Assembly: GCF_009914755.1 (NCBI RefSeq)
Contig: NC_060936.1
DNA from: the human T2T-CHM13v2.0 reference genome, Homo sapiens
Length of the DNA stretch: 64,000 nucleotides
Direction: 5' to 3' (one strand)
Part shown: positions 54,455 through 64,000 of the stretch, piece by piece
Position numbering within the stretch: position 1 is the first letter of the stretch
Layout of the letters: every line of letters starts with the position of its first letter
Notes under the pieces: generated by a model
What the model was told of the DNA's origin: nothing
The model's input: only the letters and a program-made list of their open reading frames with translations
The model's database searches: none
Position numbers and translations under genes: made by a program

Positions 54455-54768
54455 CAGGTCATGTGGCTATTGTCAGGTCATGTGGCTATTGAGAATTTGG
54501 AATGCAGCCAGTCCAAATTGAGTAGGCCAGGAACTATAGAATATACATAGGATTTTTTAGATTTAATATTTTACAAAGTAAAATAGATCATTAAAATATG
54601 TTATATTGATTAAACAAGGGAATTATAACCTTTTGAATCTGTTAGGTTAATGAAAATATAATATTGAAATCAATTTCACCTGTTTCTTCTTTTTTTAAAA
54701 AAAAAATGTTGCTACTAGAAAGTTTAAAATGACATCTATGGCTCATGTTTCTATTGAACAATGTTGTC
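54455..54768. mobile_element. MER33/MER3-like hAT element
   Basis: catgtggctattgag...tccaaattgag...aatttcacctgtttc...gctactagaaagtttaaaat...tttctattgaacaatgttg. Confidence 0.75.
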
Positions 54769-55056
54769 CTACAGTATCATGATACCTTCACATAGCTGAG
54801 ACTAGAGAATGCATCTAGCAGGGGAGTTCCCATCCATTCTTATTTTATTTATCCATCCATCCATTCAGTTATGTAACATATACTAATTAGGTTTTATGGG
54901 TATACCCACTATACCCACTATATGGATATAGTGATGGAAAAATAAACACAGTCATTCTCTTCATTTATCTTACAGTTTAGTGAAGGAAAAAAATCATTAA
55001 CCAAATATTTCACAAGTAAATGTATAATTAGAAGCTATGTTAAATACTAAGTTGGA

Positions 55057-55785
55057 AAGACATCCCCTTATCTGCAGGGGATACGTTGTAAGATCCCCAG
55101 TGGATGCCTGAAACCAAGGATAGTACTGAAACTGACTGCCGTCAATCAGAACACATTTCTGTTTATGTCTCCCATCCACAAATTCAATGCCTTTTCCATC
55201 TTAACAAAGCACTTACTATGGGCTGTGGCTGTAAGTCTTGTAGTTGAGGTTCCACAGCAAAACTAGCATACATTTCTTTTTCCCTTCTTAATTTCGTGGA
55301 CATAAGATTTGTTCTTACTGTAGATCTTAGCAGTCTCAGTATACAATTTTTTTTGTTTTCTTAAGTCAAGAGCTTTCACCTTTTTAATTAAAAGGAAGCA
55401 CTTTGCAGCTTCTCTTTGACATATCCAAATTGCCAGCATCACTACCCTTGCACTTTAGGGTCACTACTAAGTAAAATAAGGGTTACTTGAACACAAGCAC
55501 TGTGATACTGTGACAATTGTTCTAATAACCAAGAGGGTTACTGAGTGACTAAGGGACAGGTAGCACAGACAGTGTGGATATGCTGGATGATTCATGTCCC
55601 AGGCAGGGTAGAGTGGGACACTGCAAGATTTCATCACATAACTCAGAAAAGCATGCAATCTAAAACTTATGAATTGTTGATTTCTGGAATTTGCCATTTA
55701 TTTTTTTTAATGGCAGTTGACTGTGGGTAACTGAAATTTTAGAAATCTAAACTGTGGATTGGGAACAGGGTGTGGGGGGTACCTA
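55057..55785 (-). mobile_element. MER44 (Tigger7-derived), opposite orientation to the copy at 33920
   Basis: ccccttatctgcaggggatacgtt...agatccccagtggatgcctgaaacc...gggttacttgaacacaagcactgtgat. Confidence 0.85.
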
Positions 55786-55985
55786 TTGCTATAAAGGAAT
55801 ACCTGAGACTGGGTAAGTTATAAAGAAAATACTTTATTCAGCTCAAGGTTTTGCAGGTTGTACAAGAAGCACGGTACCAGAATTTTGTTCTGATGAGGAA
55901 GCTTGCCCTCATGGTGGAAAGTGAAGTGGAGGGAGCAATTGTGATTCAACATATGTGAAGGGGATAGATATCCAAACTATGTTAA
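55786..55985 (-). mobile_element. Deleted MST LTR fragment
   Basis: gctataaaggaatacctgagactgggtaa...tccaaactatgtt. Confidence 0.7.
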
Positions 55986-58228
55986 TGACTATATGGATTA
56001 TAAGAGCCAGACAGAAGGTTACCTAGTGTAGACTATGTTCATGGAGTATAAAGAAATGCCTCTCTGAGGGACTGGGCATTTGGCCTCATAGCTAAAGTAT
56101 AAGCAGTGGTTAAACTAAGGCAGAGTGGGATAAAAAGAGAGAAAGTATCATTTCAGATGAGCCTTTTCAGGGCATTGGAGCAAGAGGGCTTATGGCACCA
56201 AAACAGAACAAGATAAAAGCAGTTATCCAAATGAAGTTAGAGAGGTAAAGACCAAATCACAAAATCTTGAGGAGACAAGGGGCTGGAGGGAGACATCAGC
56301 AATGGCTTTTGCAAAGTTGTATTGACATGGTTGAAGCTCGTGGGCAATTTTTGTTAGGGTAAGGGGCTCTATCAAGGTTATTTGTTGTTGTTTGTTATAT
56401 TGTTTGCTTTTCTTCCTTTGGCACAGCTTTGAAAATGTGCCATGAAAATGTGGAAATGCCAGGTATTTTTTTTCTTTAGAGTTTAATTACAGAGCTCTTT
56501 TTGGCAAGGTTATTTGGACTTAGTCATGCCAAAGTAAACGTTCAATAAGGATAGAAAAGAAGAGGACTTTCTGGAATTTATATGTAACCTTCACACCTCC
56601 TCCCACCCTGACAGCCAGGCAGGAATCCAACTGAAAGAACCAAAAAAGAAAAAAAAAAGAGAGAAAAGAAAAAGAAAAAAGTTTCTTAAGGGGAAAGAAG
56701 GGATCTTTTTTGTTATTCATTCTCATCCGAAGATTATTTTCTTTATGAGCTCTTCTCTATACAAATCTTGGTAGATTTGTTTTGTTGCTATTTTTATTTC
56801 TTGTTTTGTTTTATTTTTTGTAAGACAGATTCTTTACTTGATTATTACTAAACATTGGCATCAGTTCTAAGAATGGTTGTGGTAATACGTGCAAAAGCAT
56901 AATTTGTTATCAAGTGCTGCATAAAAATTATTTCTGTGATGCTTAATCAGTGAAGATCACAGCTTCCCGCTCAAATGCTATCTGCATTACTTATACATAT
57001 CCTCTTTTATTCAAATGAGTGAAGAAAGAAAAGGAAAAGACTTCACAGTGAAAGATACAGCAAGTCATTTCCCATAGTTATAAACTTCATCCACTTAAAC
57101 TACAAATTATTCTGGGAAAAGATCTAAAAATAACCATAAATCTGTAGGACTGCATGGGAAATTATCATTCATGCAGAATTGCTGTTTGTATTTTTGTCTC
57201 TCAAATAGACTACTTTCTGTTTTACTTTTTGGACAACACATGGTTAACTGGTTTAGGACATTATAAAACATTAGGGAGACTGACCTATTTCCTGACATGC
57301 TATGCAGATCACATTCAAAATATGCTTTATCATACCTGCAGCAAAAATAAGTATGCACTGGAAACTTGTCACTGCAGCTTTTTTTTTTTTTTTGAGAAAA
57401 CCAAATGTATTTACTAATTTATAAGACTTTTCAGAAAAACCTTTCCAAATAACATAAAAAGAAAACTTGGAGACAGATTAAAATTTTCCAAGTGGAATCA
57501 AAGTTTAAAACTAATTAGATTATGAATAAGAATACATAACTGAAAAACTATTTAATGATGCTGATTTTAGACTGGAATGGATTATCCACTTTATGTGTAT
57601 GCAAATTTCACTATCCCTTGTCCTTTTTTCTCTTATTTTCTGATACCAACAGCTTTGTTTCTTACAATCACTCAATCATCTTTAGCTTGTTTTCTTTCCC
57701 TTTCTTTCTGGAAGAAAAGTAGAGGAGCCCAGTGACCTTCCCACTCTTTTTATTGCATAGAAAAACAAGTTACTACCTTCAAGAGTGACAAATTAACTAT
57801 ACTAAATTATAAGCTCTGGCTAGAATCATTCATCCATGCTCATTCAAGCATTTCCATGAGTTAGTAAATGCCCGGGATGCTCTATATGAGAAGTTTAACT
57901 TGAATGTTTAACAAGAACATCTTTTGCCACATTATTTTCTCTAACCAACTCCTTATTCATACTGGATGCTGAAGAATCTCACCACTACTTTAAGAATTAT
58001 GTCAAAGTCTAAAATCTTCATAATTCCAGGTTGTGTGATAAATTTTAAATTCTTGTGATGAAGATGTTGGGAGACAGAGAGTCTGAGCTTTCTTTCTGAG
58101 TGTCTCCTTCCTAATGACTTCAGAATCCTGGAATAATCTCAATAGGACCAGAGCTGGGCACATGCCTTTCTATTCTGGGTTGTAAAAATTTTGCATTTAG
58201 GATTGTTGAACAAACACGGTTTTGATTT

Positions 58229-59388
58229 TTTAAAAATTCTTTTTTAATTTTGGTGGGTACATAGTAGGTGTATATATTTATGGGGTACATGAGATATTTT
58301 AATAAAGGCAAACAATGTATAATAATCACATCAAGGTAAATAAGATATCCGTCACCTCAAGCGTTTATCCTTTGTGCTACAAACAATCCAATTATACTCT
58401 GTTATTTTAAAATGAATAATAAGTTATTATTGACTGTAGTCATTTTGTTGTGCTATAAAAGACTAGATGTTATTTATTCTATCTAACTGTATTTTTATAC
58501 CCATTAACCATTCCTACTTCCCCTATCACCCCCCACTACCTACTTCCCAGCCTCTGGTAACCATCATTCTACTCTCTATCTTCATGAGTTCAATTGTTTT
58601 AATTCTTAGCTCTCACAAATGAATGAGAACATGTAAAATTTGTCTTTCAATGCCTGGCTTATTTCACTTAACATGAATTCTGGTTCCTTCCATGTTGATG
58701 CAAATGACAGAATCTTATTCTTTTGGATGGCTGAATAGTACTCCACTGTATATATATACCACATTTTCTTTATCCATTTATATGTTGACAGACACTTCAG
58801 TTTCTTCCAAATCTTGGATATTGTGAATAGTGCTGCAATAAACATGGGAGTATATTATCTCTTTGATTTACTGATTTCTTTCTTTTGAGTATATATACCT
58901 AGCAGCGGGACTGCTGAATTATATGATTTAGCTTTTGAGGAGTGTCCAACTGTTTCCATAGTGGTTGTACAAATTTACATTCCCACCAACAGTGTACAAG
59001 AGTTCTCTTTTCTCCACATCCTTGCCAGCATTTGTTATTGCCTATCTTTTGGATAAAAGCCATTGTAACCGGGATGAGATGATTTATGATTGTAGTTTTG
59101 AGTTGCGTTTCTCTGATGATCAATGATTTTGAGCATGTTTTCATATGCCTGTTTGCCATTTGGATGTCTTTTTTTGAGAAATGCCTATTCAGATTTTTTG
59201 ACCATTTTTTAAATGGGATGATTAGATTTTTTCCTATAGAGCTGTTTGAACTCTACATATTCTGGTTATTATTCCCTAGTCAAGTGCGTAGTTTTTAAAT
59301 ATTTTCTCTCATTCTGTAGGTTGTCTCTTCACTTTGTTTATTGCATCCTTTGTTGTGCAGAAGCTTTTTAACTTGATGTGATCCCATT
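58229..59388 (-). mobile_element. L1MA2-like 5'-truncated element
   Basis: 3' end gtgggtacatagtaggtgtatatatttatggggtacatgag; ORF2 C-terminal peptides; degenerate TSD at 58212-58228 and 59389-59405. Confidence 0.9.
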
Positions 59389-61941
59389 AAGCACAGTTAT
59401 GATTTATAAAAGTAAATATTTGTCACCAAATAGAGTGCCGATTACAGTACTAGGCTGAGAAACAGCACGACCAAACCCCTGAGATAAGAGAGAGCTTGGC
59501 TTGTTCAGAGGAATGCAAATGCTATTGTTTATTATGATTGGAGCTTAGAACACAGAAAGTTGGCACCATGACCTAGGGAGGTGAAAAGGGGCCCAATCGT
59601 TATAGGCCCTGAATGCCATATTAAGGAGTTTCCAAGTCACTGTTTCTTGCCACTGAGGCTCCTTCTCCCTCTAGGGAAGGCAAATACATTCTTTCCCATG
59701 CTTCCACCATTCAGACCCACTCTGGTGGATAAGCTTTGCTAACTGTCACAATCTCAACTTTAGTTAGACCAAAATCCAAGCTCCAAGTCACCCATTGCAT
59801 TATTCCCTGCATCAACAGAAGGAACTCAATGAGCTGTTAACTATAGCTAACCAAGCCACGTGCAATTCTCCAAAGATTTCAAATATCCAGCCATGAACAA
59901 ATAAATGGCTATGAAAATGTTTTTTGGTATACTGCATTGTCTATTCTGAATGAGTACTTGATAGTTCATAATGTTAATTAGGAGAAACAAGATGAAAAGA
60001 GGGTTCCACATTCAATCACTATTTACCAACACTCCATTTTGTGCAAGGCTAGGGGTTCTACTACACGCTAAAGGATATAAAGGTAAATAAAGCTCAGCTT
60101 CTGCTTAGAGAGAACTTATAATCTTGCAGAGTAACAACCCAGGCTTACTATGGAGGGAAATAGCTGGGATTTGGAGGCAATTAGAAAAAGAATTTAACAC
60201 GTCTAGCTTGCACAATGCCTGGCTCAAAGTAGGTGCCTGAAAAATGCTGCTGCCGTTGATGAAGATGTTATACAGGAAAGTGCCAGGAAAATTATTTCTA
60301 ACAGTGAGGAATACGGGGCATTTATTCTTTATGCAGAACATTGAAGGCTGAATAAGATTTCAATAAGTAAAGATTTAGGACATGATTATTCCCAGCTGAT
60401 CTAACCTGATTAAATGAAATAGCAGGATTAGAAAGTTCAAGACAAGGTTTGACCAGGAGGAAGCTCTGAAAGAAGCACAGTTCTCAGGGAAAGTGAAAAG
60501 CTCCTTAGGAAGCAGTTGCAACAGGCTAGGTGAGAGACAAGGAGGACCTGACCCAGAACTTTGGCACATTCACCTTTTGTGCTTAGATGTCTGACTATCC
60601 CTTTATTTAAATCTAGGTATGAAGTCTGAGGTTGTGCTTTTCTAGGACATGACCCCAGCAGTATGTCTTTGACATTTACTTCATTTTAAAAATAAAAGTG
60701 GCATTTTTCAAATGAAAATCCATTGTCTCTTTCTCTAGTCACAGTGTTCCTTCAAATAGAGGGTCTAATTGTCTACAAATTGAGATGTCTTAATTTTGTC
60801 AGTTTAGCTAAAGCTTCTCTTGTTTTAAAAGATAAGCCAATTCAAGAGAAAGATCTACCAAGATGATCCACCCAAATGTACTACTTTTAAAAGAACTTTG
60901 TTTTCACTCATACATTCTGATTTGTTCTTTTTTTGAACTTTCACAGCTTGAGGATGTTTACAACACATACAAGTCCTTCATATTTCTAGTCTTGTGTTAG
61001 GTATAAGAGAAGGTCATGATCCAGATAACTTATTAGTTGAGATGATGCTCCATTTTGTATTTTCATGAGTTCAAATCCTTTTGTAAAACTCTAAGTTTTG
61101 TTTTATTTATCTTTTACTGCATGCCTTTCTTCAGATTTCCATGAAAGAGTACTTAGAAGCTTTAACTAATCTATGATATTTAATCCTGTTGGTAATACAT
61201 GTGTGCTATGCTGAACACACATTGTTCTCCAATTTACTGTGTTTCTTTGTCTTTTCTCTGTGCATAATTGGATGTTAATATGACAAATGTAGTAGGAGGT
61301 TTTCTACCCTATGAGATTTCCTGGCTGCAAATGTTTGGAAACATCTAAAATTTTCTGCCTAATACTTCCTCAAAATTACATGTAGTGCTCTGTCTGGAAG
61401 TACTCTTGAGAAACATGGAAAGGTTTTTATTGACATTAAACAGTTGAAGATAGTAATTAACATAATAGTCTTCATGTTCAGCAATAATACTTTAACTTTC
61501 TAAATAAACTCTTTTAACCTAAGGAATTCTCTTCCAATATCTTATTTTCTCATGCTCTAAAAGTAAAGTCTTTCCTGTAGCTTAATAGCCTTACAGAGCC
61601 AGAAAACAAAGCCACTGCTGTTAATCTGAAAAGGAAAATTTAACATCTTATTTATGCATGATAAATAATTAATTTGAGTTGGCTATCATGGTAAATTATC
61701 ATTTACTCCCCAGTGTGTCAACTCCTTAAATGCACTAATTTCTAGAAAATCTTTTGGAATTTCCTAAGTGACATTGACATCCATGGAAAAGGAAGTATTT
61801 GTGCTTAAATAAGCTTTCTTGTCAAGGTCAAAACAGATTATACTCTTCTGCTTCATTCTAATTTTTTGGTTTAACTTATCAGAATTATATTAAAATGCGT
61901 TGTAAATTGTCTTCTCTTCCCTGGAAATTTAGAAAGGTTTG

Positions 61942-62380
61942 TGTCAGGCCTCTGAGCCCAAGCTAAGCCATCATATCCCCTGTGACCTGCATGTACACAT
62001 CCAGATGGCTGGTTCCTGCCTTAACTGATGACATTCCACCACAAAAGAAGTGAAAATGGCCTGTTCCTGCCTTAACTGATGACATTATCTTGTGAAATTC
62101 CTTCTCCTGGCTCATCCTGGCTCTAAAGCTCCCCTACTGAGCACCTTGTAACCTCCACTCCTGCCCACCAGAGAACAACCCCCCTTTTTCGTCTCCTGCC
62201 CACCAGAGAACAACTCCCCTTTTTCGTTTACCTACCCAAATCCTATAAAACGGCCCCACCCCTATCTCCCTTTGCTGACTCCCTTTTCAGACTCAGCCGG
62301 CCTGCACCCAGGTGAAATAAACAGCCCTGTTGCTCACACAAAGCCTGCTTGGTGGTCTCTTCACACGGATGTGCATGAAA
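61942..62380 (+). mobile_element. HERV-H 5' LTR (LTR7, LTR7up-like)
   Basis: tgtcaggcctctgagcccaagctaagcc...catgaaa; twin ttcctgccttaactgatgacatt repeats. Confidence 0.97.
62244..62321 (+). promoter_or_regulatory. LTR7 TATA box (62244-62250) and poly(A) signal (62316-62321)
   Basis: tataaaa and aataaa at the expected LTR7 positions. Confidence 0.85.
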
Positions 62381-62382
62381 TT

Positions 62383-62400
62383 TGGTGCCACGACTTGGAT
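62383..62400 (+). other. Primer binding site complementary to tRNA-His 3' end
   Basis: tggtgccacgacttggat vs canonical tggtgccgtgactcggat (15/18), 2 nt after the LTR end. Confidence 0.9.
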
Positions 62401-62683
62401 TGGGGGACCTCCCTTGGGAGATCAATCCCCTGTCCTGCTCTTTGCTCCGTGAGAAAGATCCACCTATGAACTTCCACCCTCCATTCCTCCTTCTTCTCCC
62501 TTAGCCTGTGTTCTTAAGAACTTAAAACCTCTTCAACTCTCTCCTGACCTAAAATCTAAGCGTCTTATTTTCTTCTGCAACACTGCTTGGCCCCAATACA
62601 AACTTGACAATGGCTCTAAATGGCCAGAAAACAGCACTTTCGATTTCTCCATCCTACAAGACCTAAATAATTTTTGTCAAAAA

Positions 62684-63955
62684 ATGGGCAAATGGTCTGA
62701 GGTGCCTTACATCCAGGCATTTTTCCCACTTCATTCCCTCCCTAGTCTCTGTTCCCAATGCGATTCCTCCCAAATCCTCCTTCTTTCCCTCCCGCCTGTC
62801 CCCTCTGTCCCAACCCCAAGCATCGCTGAGTCTTTCCAGTCTTCCTTTTCTACAGACCCATCTGACCTCTCCCCTTCTCCCCAAGCTGCTCATTGCCAGG
62901 CCGAGCTAAGTCCCAATTCTCCCTCAGCTTCCGCTCCTCCACCCTATAATCCTTCTATCACTTCCCCTCCTCACACCCGGTCCAGCTTACAGTTTAGTTC
63001 CGTGACTAGCTCTTCCCCACCTGCCCAACAATTTCCTCTTAGAGAGGTGGCTAGAGCTGAAGGCATAGTCAGGGTACATGTACCTTTTTCTCTATCAGAC
63101 CTCTCTCAGATCAGTCAGCGTTTAGGCCCTTTCTCATCAGACCCCACTAAATATATACAGGAATTCCAATATCTAACTCTGTCCTACAATTTAACCTGGA
63201 GTGACTTAAATGTTATCCTGATTTCTACCCTCTCCCCAGATGAACAGGAAAGAGTTTTTTCTCTAGCCCAATCTCATGCTGATAACCGCTGGCTTCAAGA
63301 ACCAGACCTCCAGGAAGGCATTAGAGCAGTTCCCTGAGAGGATCCCCAATGGAACTATCAGGCAGATTCCACAGGTATAGCTAGGCAAGATTACATGATT
63401 TCCTGCCTAGCTGAAGGGCTTAAAAGGGCAGCTTACAAAGCTGTTAATTATGACAAGCTTAAAGAAACTACCCAAGGTAAAGACGAAAACCTAGCCCAGT
63501 TCATGGCCCGCTTAGCAGCAACCCTTAGACGCTTTACCGCCCTAGACCCAGAAGGGCCAGAAGGCGGTCTTATTCTTAATATGCATTTTATCACCCAATC
63601 CACTCCTGACATTGGGAAAAAACTTCAAAAGTTAGAATCTCGCCCTCAAACCCCACAACAGGAATTAACCTCGCCTTCAAGGTGTACAATAATGGAGAGG
63701 AGGTAGCCAGACAGCAATGCATTTCTGAGTTACAGCTGCTTGCCTCCGCTGTAAGACAGCCCACAACCACGTCTCCAGCATACAAGAACTTCAGAACATC
63801 CAAGTCACAGCTCCCAGGGGCTCCTTCAAAACATCCTCGTGGGCCTTGCTTCAAATGCCAAAAGCATAGCCACTAGGCCAAGGAGTGCCTGCAGCCTGGG
63901 ATTCCTCCTAGGATGTGCCCTGTCTGTGCGGGCCCCCACTGGAGGTCAGACTGTC
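62684..63955 (+). pseudogene. gag: HERV-H gag, disrupted
   Basis: GKWSEVPYIQAFF, PPPY, VHVPFSLSDL, QGKDENLAQF (MHR-like), two CCHC knuckles (CFKCQKHSH*AKEC and CPVCAGPHWRSDC); stops at 63335-63337 and 63874-63876 plus a frameshift near 63670. Confidence 0.9.
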
Positions 63956-64000
63956 TGACTCACATCGCCGCCACTCCTAAAGCCCCTGGAGCCCAAACCC

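Larger units (their letters stand above)
62381..64000 (+). mobile_element. HERV-H internal region (leader and gag), continues beyond the window
   Basis: PBS-His, pyrimidine-rich leader, gag peptides. Confidence 0.95.

Noticed and set aside
62011-62086. Spaced direct repeats ttcctgccttaactgatgacatt, superficially CRISPR-like
   Set aside because: Only two copies and a standard LTR7 U3 feature in a eukaryotic genome
62383-62400. tRNA-like sequence
   Set aside because: Retroviral primer binding site, not a tRNA gene

Overview
AT-rich, CpG-depleted primate (human/great-ape-like) genomic DNA, intergenic or deep-intronic, and dominated by transposable elements. It contains Alus, L1s of many ages (including a twin-primed, 5'-inverted L1PA with target-site duplications, TSDs), many MaLR/ERVL/ERV1 solo LTRs with intact TSDs, MER1/MER44/Charlie DNA transposons and L2/MIR relics. 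It ends in the 5' LTR7, PBS and gag of a HERV-H provirus. I recognise no named cellular gene, and almost all listed ORFs are repeat-derived or spurious. The most notable non-repeat signal is a minus-strand, fully open, splice-bounded 249-nt exon candidate at 2918-3166. Further degraded exon-like segments flank it, which suggests a decayed or unannotated multi-exon gene. Other points of interest: an LTR7 with the SOX2/3 (ACAAAAGA) motif, a private 35-bp duplication and an apparently deleted splice donor; a 39-nt orphan poly(A) insertion with TSDs; and several templated micro-duplications. Repeat subfamily names come from recalled consensus features, not from a RepeatMasker run, and boundaries without a TSD are approximate.
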